Positions 17,781-26,741 of a DNA stretch of 44,484 nt are shown piece by piece. The notes beneath the pieces were generated by a model. That model was given only the letters and a program-made list of their open reading frames with translations. It was not told the origin of the DNA and made no database searches. The DNA comes from an uncultured Gammaproteobacteria bacterium (GTDB lineage: Bacteria > Patescibacteriota > Patescibacteriia > Magasanikbacterales > GWA2-37-8), in contig CAYZHG010000100.1 of the NCBI GenBank assembly GCA_964477455.1, positions 1-44,484 of the forward strand, read 5' to 3'. Each line of letters starts with the position of its first letter. The first letter of the stretch is position 1. A program made the position numbers and the translations under genes.

Positions 17781-18527
17781 TTATTTAATATCTTTTACAA
17801 ACCAGAAACAACCACATCCCCATTTTTGCTTATTGACCATTTCTTCTGGAGCATTATAAACAAGTCCATTCTCCACCGCATCATCTGGAATTAAAACAAA
17901 TTCTTTCAACGAAAAGCCTGGAAAATAAGATAACACCTGTGAATAAGAGTAAATACGATGAGCATTAAAAGCTAATTTTTTGATTCCTATAGGTACTACA
18001 AACAAAAGAGATCCACCATAAGACACTACTCTCGACAGCTCGCTTATAGCCTTTAAATCACCTTGTGGATCGATTGGATCGCCATATCTTCCAAGTCCAA
18101 TATGTTCGACGACGTGCATACATGAAAGAGAATTTAAAGAATTATCATCGAAGTCTAAGGAAGTTAAGTCAGCTCTACCAATTTCTAGATTATCTAATTT
18201 TAAATTTGCTGGCCTGAAATCAAAAAATCTTACTTTACAAAAAGCAGAAACGATTGTACAAAAATTTAATGTTGAAGATATATCAACATGATATTCTGGT
18301 TTTAATTTAGCCACAACTCTAGCAGCCCAGGCAGGATGATAAGTATAATGAGGTTCAAAACCGGTAAATGATGTTTTGTCTTTAAGGCAGGGGAAGAAAT
18401 TTATTAACTTTAAAACAAATCTATTATCGTTTTGTTTTATAAATTTGAAATAATCAACCGGTAAAAATATAAAAACTAAACAAATGTTAACTATTTTTTT
18501 AATGATTATTTTTAAATATCTAAACAT
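17781..18527 (-). CDS. SAM-dependent methyltransferase, DUF268-like
   Basis: SLSCMHVVEHIGLGRYGDPIDPQGDLKAISELSRVVSYGGSLLFVVPIG...AFNAHRIYS matches the hallmark block of the DUF268 class-I MTase family. Confidence 0.7.
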   Translation of the reverse strand: MFRYLKIIIKKIVNICLVFIFLPVDYFKFIKQNDNRFVLKLINFFPCLKDKTSFTGFEPHYTYHPAWAARVVAKLKPEYHVDISSTLNFCTIVSAFCKVRFFDFRPANLKLDNLEIGRADLTSLDFDDNSLNSLSCMHVVEHIGLGRYGDPIDPQGDLKAISELSRVVSYGGSLLFVVPIGIKKLAFNAHRIYSYSQVLSYFPGFSLKEFVLIPDDAVENGLVYNAPEEMVNKQKWGCGCFWFVKDIK

Positions 18528-18531
18528 ATTA

Positions 18532-19749
18532 TTATATTTTGAATAAATGTCGTTTAATTCGATGGATTAATCTTTTCCAAATACCATTTAAAAAAATTGT
18601 ATTTTGAGTGTGTGGAACAAATGATCTAGCCAATATAGACACCTCGTCTTCAATCATATTCTCGTCATATTTACCAGAAAGAGCCAAGTAATTTCTCAAA
18701 ATATTAAAATACAATAACTGAGTACTTACTCCAGAGACTATTAATTGCTTATAGCAGTCAATCGACTTTAAATACTCACTCTGTTTAAAATAGTATATAG
18801 CCAAACAAAACACATCATCGATTTCAGAACTTTTTATAGCATTATCATAAAAAATTTGAAATCCATCTGCGACTATATATTTGGAATAATTAGGAACAAA
18901 AAAATCTTCATTATACTTAGCAAACAATTGATCAATAAAACTCTTTAAATTATCTCTAGTGTCAAGAGAAGCGTGATCAAAAATTTGATAATTCATTATT
19001 TGTTTTCTTACTTCTAAAGAAAACAAATACATTATATCTTCAAAAATAAGATAATAATTCCTAGACAACTCTCCTTTTTCATACACCCGTTCAAAATAAG
19101 ATCTATTTCCAGCAGACTGACGGTGATAAAAAATAGTTTCTGGACATACTTTCGCAGAAAATCCTTTTGCTAGAAAACGCATCTCAAAACATTGTGTATC
19201 AAAACCGTGATTTTCTGGATACCCACCCGTTAAATCAAATGCTTTACGAGTAAACAAAAAATTATCTAGCAATATATCGCTACCGTTAAATAAATCTTCA
19301 ATAATTATTGATCTATTTAAAATTTTATTTATATGAGGTAAAAACTTGCGTTTATTTGTATTTCTAAAAAATCTTCTTTCATAAAAAACGACTCCGTCGT
19401 ATTTATTATCAACCAAATATTTTGCCATTTTGTTTAACGAATTTTTATACAAAACATTATCACTGTCTAAACAAAAAATTAGATCGCCACTTGATTTTTT
19501 TATACCAGTATTTCGCGCAGCTCCACCACCTTTGTTTTTTTCATGGAAAAAACAAACGACGTTTGGATACTTTTTTGACAAATCAATTATTAGATCACGC
19601 GTACCATCTGTCGAACCATCGTCGACCATTATAATTTCGTAAGGAAACGAAAAATTTTGTTCGTAAATTGATTTCATGGCCTCTTCAACTGTAACTTTAC
19701 AGTTATAACATGGCATTATTATACTAATTTTGTTATTTATTTCGCTCAT
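18532..19749 (-). CDS. GT2-family glycosyltransferase with ~150-aa C-terminal helical extension
   Basis: ISIIMPCYNCKVTVEEAMKSIYEQ...EIIMVDDGSTDGT...CLDSDN. Confidence 0.8.
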   Translation of the reverse strand: MSEINNKISIIMPCYNCKVTVEEAMKSIYEQNFSFPYEIIMVDDGSTDGTRDLIIDLSKKYPNVVCFFHEKNKGGGAARNTGIKKSSGDLIFCLDSDNVLYKNSLNKMAKYLVDNKYDGVVFYERRFFRNTNKRKFLPHINKILNRSIIIEDLFNGSDILLDNFLFTRKAFDLTGGYPENHGFDTQCFEMRFLAKGFSAKVCPETIFYHRQSAGNRSYFERVYEKGELSRNYYLIFEDIMYLFSLEVRKQIMNYQIFDHASLDTRDNLKSFIDQLFAKYNEDFFVPNYSKYIVADGFQIFYDNAIKSSEIDDVFCLAIYYFKQSEYLKSIDCYKQLIVSGVSTQLLYFNILRNYLALSGKYDENMIEDEVSILARSFVPHTQNTIFLNGIWKRLIHRIKRHLFKI

Positions 19750-20579
19750 AAATTTATATTATTTGTGCAACCGTAATACAAAGATTGTAGCTTCTCATTG
19801 CTACCTGGTCCATCTTTTTCTTTCAAAGTGACGATAGAATCGTTTGTATAATTACTTTGAACAGCAAAATTTACGGCCAGTTCTTCGGCCAAACGTTTCA
19901 TACGTGGTATTTCTACCGGTTCTAAAAAATCCAAACTACTATCCAATATTTTTGAAACAAAATTTCTCAAATCATTTTCCAAAGTTACAGTTACGAAGGA
20001 AGATGGAATGTAAACAAACCCAGTGACATAATGACCAAAATCAGACCACGACGGTTGATTAAATAATTTATCTACAATCAATTTTTCATTTATATTGTCT
20101 TTAATCTTATATGCCAACGTTAAAATGTTGATTTTATTAGCTACTATTTCTGGCTCCTGATGCCAGAAACCATCAGCGTCCGTAAGAATATAATCTTTTT
20201 TTGAAGCATCAATCAAAGTTTCAATTTTATATTTTTGCCAAGGCATATCCCCTTTTCCAAATACTTTGTGTATTTTGACCATCGGTGAATAATCAAAATA
20301 ATTTATAAGATTTTTTAAATAATGACCACACAAATCATCACAATAAATAACAAATGAATGTCTTGGATTCAAAAAATGCAAAGAATTAATATTGTTTACA
20401 ACTAAATCACAATAATTTGTGTTTTTAACACACAAAATAGCAAAGTTTAGTTCTTTTTTATGTTTATTTTCAAAAGGAATGACAAATCGCACAGTCCTTC
20501 TAAGCCTGCATTTAAAAATAAAAAAAAACTTTTTAATCTTATCTTTGTTTTTTTGAGATAAAAATTTAGATAAAATCAT
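19746..20579 (-). CDS. Hypothetical protein, possible DXD-type (GT-A/GT8-like) glycosyltransferase
   Basis: Only weak cues: NFAILCVKNTNY (a beta-strand-rich N-terminus typical of GT8) and ILTDADGFW (DxD). There is a 4-nt ATGA overlap with the upstream gene. Confidence 0.35.
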   Translation of the reverse strand: MILSKFLSQKNKDKIKKFFFIFKCRLRRTVRFVIPFENKHKKELNFAILCVKNTNYCDLVVNNINSLHFLNPRHSFVIYCDDLCGHYLKNLINYFDYSPMVKIHKVFGKGDMPWQKYKIETLIDASKKDYILTDADGFWHQEPEIVANKINILTLAYKIKDNINEKLIVDKLFNQPSWSDFGHYVTGFVYIPSSFVTVTLENDLRNFVSKILDSSLDFLEPVEIPRMKRLAEELAVNFAVQSNYTNDSIVTLKEKDGPGSNEKLQSLYYGCTNNINL

Positions 20580-20580
20580 A

Positions 20581-21513
20581 TTAATATAAACGTTTTATTT
20601 CACCAAACCAATAATCCATAAAAAGTGCTTTGCAGTTAAATCTACCCCTTAGATCATTATATTTTTTTTCTAAAGTCAACTCTTTCAATTCAACAATTTC
20701 ACTCCAATCATCGATAATCCACAACGGTATGCCAATTGAAAAAAAATAATCCATTGCCACAGAACGTTTTACTATCGGAATCACACGTAAACACATCGCC
20801 TCCCAAGTTCGGTGACAATCAAGACCGTTACCTGGTGGAGAAGCAACAAATTTGTAATTATTTAGCAATTTAAGATAATTAATACTGTTTAGTTTAAAAC
20901 CTATCTCTTTACAAACACTACAGTGTTGGAGGACTTTTTTTGCTTCAATTCTTTCAGCCGGATTCGTATTAACGTTAAAGCCAAACAATATCTCATTTTT
21001 TTTATTTACAATTATTTTTTTTAAATTATTAAAATAGCTTATAATTCCATTGTTGTAATAATATAAATTTTCAAGACCAATTGGAATTGGTATAATTTTG
21101 GGATGACTTATATTAACATTTTGACCAAACCATTTAATAATTTTTTCATCCACCAATTTTGCCTCATTAACACCAATGGAAACGTCAGCATTATGAGAAA
21201 TCAAAATATATTTATTCTTTATTTTTGGATGAAACTCATTAAAGAAAACAAATATACTTCTCGCATCCAAAAATACAACATCGCCTTGTTTTACATCTTC
21301 AGCATTAAAAATATTTTTTTGAACTGTTTGGTCAGCATTAAAAGTTTTTTTATCTTCAAACACATGGTCCGCAAATTTTCTAAAACCATCGCCACTAATA
21401 TATGGATAACTTGACGGTCGGCTATCTTTGGAGTACTTAATAACAGAATGATACACAAATCTTATCAAACCATTTAATTTAAATCTGAATTTTAACCAAA
21501 TATAATTTTGCAT
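20581..21513 (-). CDS. Exostosin (GT47)-like glycosyltransferase candidate
   Basis: The C-terminal block KFVASPPGNGLDCHRTWEAMCLRVIPIV resembles the exostosin motif F[CV]xxPxGxxxxxxRxxEAxxxxx[VI]P[VI]. Confidence 0.5.
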   Translation of the reverse strand: MQNYIWLKFRFKLNGLIRFVYHSVIKYSKDSRPSSYPYISGDGFRKFADHVFEDKKTFNADQTVQKNIFNAEDVKQGDVVFLDARSIFVFFNEFHPKIKNKYILISHNADVSIGVNEAKLVDEKIIKWFGQNVNISHPKIIPIPIGLENLYYYNNGIISYFNNLKKIIVNKKNEILFGFNVNTNPAERIEAKKVLQHCSVCKEIGFKLNSINYLKLLNNYKFVASPPGNGLDCHRTWEAMCLRVIPIVKRSVAMDYFFSIGIPLWIIDDWSEIVELKELTLEKKYNDLRGRFNCKALFMDYWFGEIKRLY

Positions 21514-21515
21514 AA

Positions 21516-22745
21516 TTAACCCAATATTCTTTTACCATTATGTGGCAAATTTATCAGACCAAAATTGTTAAATTCATTATCAATACTCCAGTCCTCTATG
21601 ATACCAAAGCTGACCAAATAAGTACCCCAAATCCAACTACCAGACAACCCATATCCACCGATTGCTAATGTGTAATCTCCAGGCCGTAGAAAAAAAGCAG
21701 GAACCTTAACCTGAGAGGAAAAATTTCCTTTTGGAAGCAATTCTCCATATTGTGTATCATGCAAAGAAAACAATCGAATGTCGTCTTTAAATACGGAAAA
21801 GGTTATCCTGAAACTTGGAATGTCTTTTTCACAATATCCTTTAACGGAAAATTTTATTTCTTCTGATGGAGGTAAATTTATTTCTTGATTTGATAAATCA
21901 TTTACATAAACTTCAGAAAATTGTAATTCAGAAACTAAAGTCCCATTAAAAGATTTAGAGCTGAGTTTTCCTTGCTGAGAACCATTTTTAATATACAATT
22001 TGATAGCTTCATCTGTGTCACCAGCAAAAACTACCTTTCCATCATCTAATAAAATTGTGCGAGTACACAACTGTTTAATAGCACCCATATTATGACTAAC
22101 AAACAGTACAGTTCTACCATCATTATTTGTAACTTCCTGCATCTTACCTAAACATTTCTTTTGAAATTCAATATCACCAACTGCCAACACTTCATCTATG
22201 ACCAAAATGTCTGGTTCTAGGTGGGCGGCTACAGCAAACGCCAAACGCACATACATACCAGAAGAATATCTTTTTACTGGCGTATCTAAAAATTCTCCTA
22301 TACCAGAGAAATTAACTATATCATCAAACTTTTCTTTGATTTCCTGCTTACTCATTCCAAGCATCGAACCATTTAAAAAAATATTTTCTCTTCCAGTAAG
22401 TTCTGGATGAAAACCAGTGCCGACCTCGAGAAGACTCCCCACTCTACCATTTAATATAATTTCACCTTCAGTTGGCGGAGTGATACGGGAAAGAATTTTT
22501 AATAATGTACTTTTACCAGCACCATTTCTACCTATAATACCCAAAACCTCACCTTTTTCTACTGTAAAACTAACATCCTTTAATGCCAAAAACATATCAC
22601 TATCGATTGGCTTAGAAAAAATATTTTTAAACCAACTAAATGGAGATTTTATAAAAGAGGATAACAAATCCCTCAGAGCCATATAGCTTTGTCGTTCACC
22701 CATCCTATAACTTTTACTAATATTTTTTACTTCAATTATTGACAT
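21516..22745 (-). CDS. wzt: Polysaccharide/teichoic-acid ABC exporter ATP-binding protein (Wzt/TagH type) with ~160-aa C-terminal extension
   Basis: Walker A GRNGAGKSTLLK, signature YSSGMYVRLAFAVA, Walker B ILVIDEVLAVGD, H-loop VSHN. About 160 residues of beta-rich sequence follow the NBD. Confidence 0.9.
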   Translation of the reverse strand: MSIIEVKNISKSYRMGERQSYMALRDLLSSFIKSPFSWFKNIFSKPIDSDMFLALKDVSFTVEKGEVLGIIGRNGAGKSTLLKILSRITPPTEGEIILNGRVGSLLEVGTGFHPELTGRENIFLNGSMLGMSKQEIKEKFDDIVNFSGIGEFLDTPVKRYSSGMYVRLAFAVAAHLEPDILVIDEVLAVGDIEFQKKCLGKMQEVTNNDGRTVLFVSHNMGAIKQLCTRTILLDDGKVVFAGDTDEAIKLYIKNGSQQGKLSSKSFNGTLVSELQFSEVYVNDLSNQEINLPPSEEIKFSVKGYCEKDIPSFRITFSVFKDDIRLFSLHDTQYGELLPKGNFSSQVKVPAFFLRPGDYTLAIGGYGLSGSWIWGTYLVSFGIIEDWSIDNEFNNFGLINLPHNGKRILG

Positions 22746-22752
22746 AAAAAAA

Positions 22753-23571
22753 TTATATTACATCCGCGAAGTATCTTTCTACTTTTCTAAAATAGATTCC
22801 CCCTATCAGACAGTACACAAAGGCTGATAAAGCTGAGACAGCAAACAATAGCCAATCGATCTCTCTTCCTCCTAACAGACCTGCTCTGGCAGCGTCTACG
22901 ACTCCAGCCATAGGGTTCAACCCAAGAAGCCAGCGATATTTTGGACTCATTATACTGACAGGATATATTACTGGAGTAACAAAAATTAATAATTGAATGA
23001 AAAAAGGTAAAACATAACGAACATCGCGATACTTAACATTCAAAGATGCAAACAGCAACCCAATTCCAAAGGACGAAATAAAACTTAACAAAATTAATAA
23101 CGGACAAAGAAGTACCCCAATAAGCGATGGCGCAAAATGATAATACGCCATAATAAAAATTAAAATAACGCTGGCAACAAAGAAATCAACCAAATGAGTC
23201 ATAATTGAAGAAACTGGCAATATAATTCTAGGAAAATAGATCTTTGTTAAAATTCTTTCATTATCCACAAAAGAACCGCTCACTGATGCTAAACTGGCAG
23301 AAAAGAAAGTCCAAAAAACTAATCCAGAATAAACAAAAAGTGGATATGGAATTCCATCTGATGGCATTTTTGCTAATTTACCAAAAAATATAGAGAATAC
23401 AACCATGGTAACTAACGGTTGAAAAATTGCCCAACCTACCCCAACTACCGTTTGTTTGTATTTTACTTTGATATCTTTCCAAGTGAAGAAATAAAAAAGT
23501 TCACGAAAATCCCAGATTTCTTTCCAGTCAATTTTCCACCATTGATTCTTCGGTCGAATGATTATTTCCAT
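22753..23571 (-). CDS. wzm: ABC-2 type polysaccharide exporter permease (Wzm/TagG)
   Basis: WKDIKVKYKQTVVGVGWAIFQPL (ABC-2 N-terminal motif) and 6 TM segments. Start set at Met17 (23571), 7 nt after the HTH gene stop. Confidence 0.85.
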   Translation of the reverse strand: MEIIIRPKNQWWKIDWKEIWDFRELFYFFTWKDIKVKYKQTVVGVGWAIFQPLVTMVVFSIFFGKLAKMPSDGIPYPLFVYSGLVFWTFFSASLASVSGSFVDNERILTKIYFPRIILPVSSIMTHLVDFFVASVILIFIMAYYHFAPSLIGVLLCPLLILLSFISSFGIGLLFASLNVKYRDVRYVLPFFIQLLIFVTPVIYPVSIMSPKYRWLLGLNPMAGVVDAARAGLLGGREIDWLLFAVSALSAFVYCLIGGIYFRKVERYFADVI

Positions 23572-23578
23572 AAAATAA

Positions 23579-23824
23579 TTACCAATTACTAGTTTTTTCA
23601 ATAGTCTTTTTTTTGACATTTTGATAAAGATCGGTCGCCTTGGTATCTATTTCTGGTGAAAGCATACGCAAAAGCTCATGCCCTAAAACGCGATATTGTT
23701 TACCGATTTTATTAGTCCTTATTAAACCGCTCTTTATCAGCCTTTTAACAGTACTTTTGCTAACCTTAAGCAAACTTTCAACTTCATGGGTGGTATAAAC
23801 TTCGTTTGGTTTTATTTCAGACAT
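23579..23824 (-). CDS. Small helix-turn-helix DNA-binding protein (excisionase/MerR-like HTH_17 family)
   Basis: VYTTHEVESLLKVSKSTVKRLIKSGLIRTNKIGKQYRV is the typical HTH_17 pattern. Start set at Met17 (23824) because a consensus promoter occupies the ORF-track N-terminal extension. Confidence 0.72.
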   Translation of the reverse strand: MSEIKPNEVYTTHEVESLLKVSKSTVKRLIKSGLIRTNKIGKQYRVLGHELLRMLSPEIDTKATDLYQNVKKKTIEKTSNW

Positions 23825-23852
23825 AATTAAAGAATTTATCTTAAGTGATGAT

Positions 23853-23882
23853 ATTATATCAACTGACATCATTCAGTGTCAA
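23853..23882 (-). promoter_or_regulatory. Sigma70-type promoter: TTGACA-18 nt-TATAAT, upstream of the HTH/wzm/wzt genes
   Basis: Minus strand: ...cctaTTGACActgaatgatgtcagttgaTATAATatcatcacttaagataaattctttaattATG. The -35 is at 23877..23882 and the -10 at 23853..23858. Both hexamers are perfect consensus. TGTCA/TGACA half-sites flank the -35. Confidence 0.55.
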
Positions 23883-23954
23883 TAGGTGTCAGATATTGAT
23901 AAATAACTAAAAAACAATCACTTTAATACTATAACAAATTTACAAGAAACATAT

Positions 23955-25079
23955 TCATTCAACGCCTTTAAATTCCTTATTTATCATGCCAACATGCTTA
24001 AATAAGGAGGAAGATTTAATCAATAATTTTGAAATTATAATTGCTAAAAAAATAGTTCCAAATAAGGATAGTATTGAATACATGAAAATAAATAATCCAT
24101 TGCTAAAAAAAGTATTAAAAATAGTAACTCTATATAAAAAATTATGAAAACGACCAAGAATAAATAAATGTAAAACAAATATTGGCAATGTATACATTCC
24201 TACAAAACTTAATATTGATTCTTTTTTAGTTTGCATAAAAATAGATAAAATACCTATAGAAAGAGCGCACATAGCCGCATAACCAATTAACGTGTATGGT
24301 ACGCTAAGCTGAGCCAAGTCAATGCGAAAATGAAAGGAAGATAAAGTTTTTGGTGACTCTATGTAAGTTATGATTATTGTTGAAAAAATCACCAGTAAAT
24401 AACTAAATATTTCAGATATTTTGTATTTACGATGGACATAATCAACAACCAGACAGAAAGGTGATAAATAAAAAGCAACATCAACTCCCCAAGGGATCAA
24501 ACCTTTTACGTGCCATTTAGCAATAAATTCAATATTAAAGAAAAATAACAACCATAAAGCAGAGAATGTGACTAAAAAATATACACTGCGATATTTTCTG
24601 TACAAAGAAATAAAAACATTAAGAATAAACAACGCAGGAAGAAACCAGAGAATTGTTTGACTTTTAGCATGATTACCGTAAAAAATATTAGGTAATGAGT
24701 TAACAAATTCACTCATTGTAATATGATGATAAATTAACGGTTCCAGTTTTTCAATAAAAAACCAAAATACATATGGCACTAGCAAAAACTTTGCCCTTTT
24801 CAAAATATAAGGAATTGAAAATTCTTTAACAAAAAAAACCGAAATAGCCAAAAAAAGGGGCATATGGAAATATAAAATAAACGGAATAATGTCATTTATT
24901 CTAGTCCACAGATACTGCCAAATGGAATATTTTCCAACAAAATCGAACATGGGCGTAGCTGGCATGTGACAAAAAACAACCAAGATAATTAAAAAACCTT
25001 TAATTCTATCGATGTAAAAAATTCTAGACGAAAGAGTCTGAGTGGGGGGGGTATTATTATTTGAATTTGACATATACAT
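23955..25079 (-). CDS. Acyltransferase family 3 membrane protein (O-acetyltransferase, OafA/WecH-like)
   Basis: RIFYIDRIKGFLIILVVFCHM (acyltransferase_3 N-terminal motif) and about 10 TM segments. Confidence 0.85.
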   Translation of the reverse strand: MYMSNSNNNTPPTQTLSSRIFYIDRIKGFLIILVVFCHMPATPMFDFVGKYSIWQYLWTRINDIIPFILYFHMPLFLAISVFFVKEFSIPYILKRAKFLLVPYVFWFFIEKLEPLIYHHITMSEFVNSLPNIFYGNHAKSQTILWFLPALFILNVFISLYRKYRSVYFLVTFSALWLLFFFNIEFIAKWHVKGLIPWGVDVAFYLSPFCLVVDYVHRKYKISEIFSYLLVIFSTIIITYIESPKTLSSFHFRIDLAQLSVPYTLIGYAAMCALSIGILSIFMQTKKESILSFVGMYTLPIFVLHLFILGRFHNFLYRVTIFNTFFSNGLFIFMYSILSLFGTIFLAIIISKLLIKSSSLFKHVGMINKEFKGVE

Positions 25080-25091
25080 AAATTATTTTAA

Positions 25092-26741
25092 CTACTCACA
25101 AATAAATATTACCACCAAATCATTTTCACCTAATACCGAACAACCGAACTTTCCGCTACGCATTTGAGACAACATTCTAATAGCGTCTTGGTAGCCTTTC
25201 TGATCTACCATTTTACCAATTTGTTCTTTTGTCAAATATATAGTACTTTTTTTCAAAATTATAAATTTATTTTTTACAAACGGTCTATAAACAGACAGAT
25301 CGTTATCATATTCATTTAGCACAGATTTTCTATAAACTTCTGAATCCATCATTAACTCTGAAAATGGACCATTAATAATGTGAATCTGATTATAGTCTAT
25401 ACTTAATTTATCAAATTGAAATCCTGTAAAAGCAGTAATCAAGAAATTATCTTTTTTAATGTCTATCCTACCTTTTAATGAATTAATAATAAAATCGCTA
25501 ATAACAGAATTAGTTTCAAAATTTATTTTTTCATATTTCTTATTTAAAGAAACTAGCAAATTATTATAATTCAGTGAAATAAACAATAATAAAAATATAG
25601 ACGCTATAATGACCTGATATTTATAATAAAGTTTATTAAACACTGGTATTAAAAGCAAAAAGCCAGAGACGATAACTGGCAAATAATACCAACCCCACGC
25701 TTTATTTACGAAAAATAACAAATAAACTAAGTTTATAGCAAAATTGATAGCAATTATTGAAAATATATCTTTTCGTTTAAAGTAAAAAAAAGAAAAATAT
25801 AGACTTACTATAACGATAGGAAAGAAGATAACTGGGGATACAAAATCACGAGCCAATACTGTAAATATTTTTTCAGCCAACGAAATTGTTCCAGACACAC
25901 CGTGGTTAGTTACGTTTGATATCAAATTGTCATTTAATGATTTAAAGAATATTCGATAACCAACCGGGTGTAATAAATATGGATTGGAAAAAATAAAAAT
26001 AATTAAAATTGACAATGCGGACTTTATAAAAACCTTAAACGCTTTAGTCAAATCTACAATTTTATAATTGATAAAAAAATCATTAAAACAATATAGTATA
26101 ATTAATGGCAAGAAAGTCAGAGCTTGAAATTTAAACGATAAAGCAAAACCAAAGCAGATTATCGCAAGCCAATAATAATTTGCATATAAAAATTTATCTT
26201 TTGCAAGATAATAAGTCGTAATTATTAACATTGCAGTCATCATCCAATCAGGATGAAACCATGTAGCAAAGGACCAAAAACCTGGCATAAAAACCAGAGT
26301 TAATGGCACCAGAAAAGAAATTAATTTACTAAGATATAATTTACAAAACTTATATGAATACAATAATGTAGTTAAAGCAAAAACGCTAGTGACCATTTTG
26401 GGTATAAAAACTGACAAAGCAACATTTTTAAAATAGAAAAACGGCGCAGCAAAAATAAAATTTATAAAAAAATATAGAAAACCGTAAGAATAAAATCCAG
26501 TTCTAAACAATAAAGATGGTTTTAATAATCTAAAACCATTGTATATGTTTAGCAAACTACCATGAAAAAAATACTCGTCAACAGAGTGAAGTTGTAAAAA
26601 TCCAATTTCTAAAAAATGAAAATTTAAAAAACTTAATAATAAAAAAAGTGGAACGATAAAAACTAGAGGCATCTTCCAATCACTTTTTAAATCTATCCAA
26701 AATAATTTTATCAAATCTTTAATAAAAGCTTTAAACTTCAT
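25092..26741 (-). CDS. GT-C-like polytopic membrane glycosyltransferase, paralog B
   Basis: More than 10 TM segments and an acidic first-loop motif HSVDEYFFHG. Conserved blocks are shared with 29306..31033: FHPDWMMTA, NVTNHG, INLVYLLF.VNKAW..YYLPV, ISDFIIN, FIILKK. Confidence 0.7.
   Translation of the reverse strand: MKFKAFIKDLIKLFWIDLKSDWKMPLVFIVPLFLLLSFLNFHFLEIGFLQLHSVDEYFFHGSLLNIYNGFRLLKPSLLFRTGFYSYGFLYFFINFIFAAPFFYFKNVALSVFIPKMVTSVFALTTLLYSYKFCKLYLSKLISFLVPLTLVFMPGFWSFATWFHPDWMMTAMLIITTYYLAKDKFLYANYYWLAIICFGFALSFKFQALTFLPLIILYCFNDFFINYKIVDLTKAFKVFIKSALSILIIFIFSNPYLLHPVGYRIFFKSLNDNLISNVTNHGVSGTISLAEKIFTVLARDFVSPVIFFPIVIVSLYFSFFYFKRKDIFSIIAINFAINLVYLLFFVNKAWGWYYLPVIVSGFLLLIPVFNKLYYKYQVIIASIFLLLFISLNYNNLLVSLNKKYEKINFETNSVISDFIINSLKGRIDIKKDNFLITAFTGFQFDKLSIDYNQIHIINGPFSELMMDSEVYRKSVLNEYDNDLSVYRPFVKNKFIILKKSTIYLTKEQIGKMVDQKGYQDAIRMLSQMRSGKFGCSVLGENDLVVIFICE

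Noticed and set aside
23825-23872. N-terminal extension (MMSVDIISSLKINSLI) of the HTH ORF
   Set aside because: The TTGACA/TATAAT promoter hexamers flank or overlap this extension. HTH_17 proteins normally start only a few residues before the helix-turn-helix.
23579-23872. Excisionase-family HTH as a marker of a prophage or integrative element
   Set aside because: There is no integrase, recombinase, att-like direct repeat, tRNA or phage gene anywhere in the window. The gene is embedded in-operon, 7 nt before wzm.
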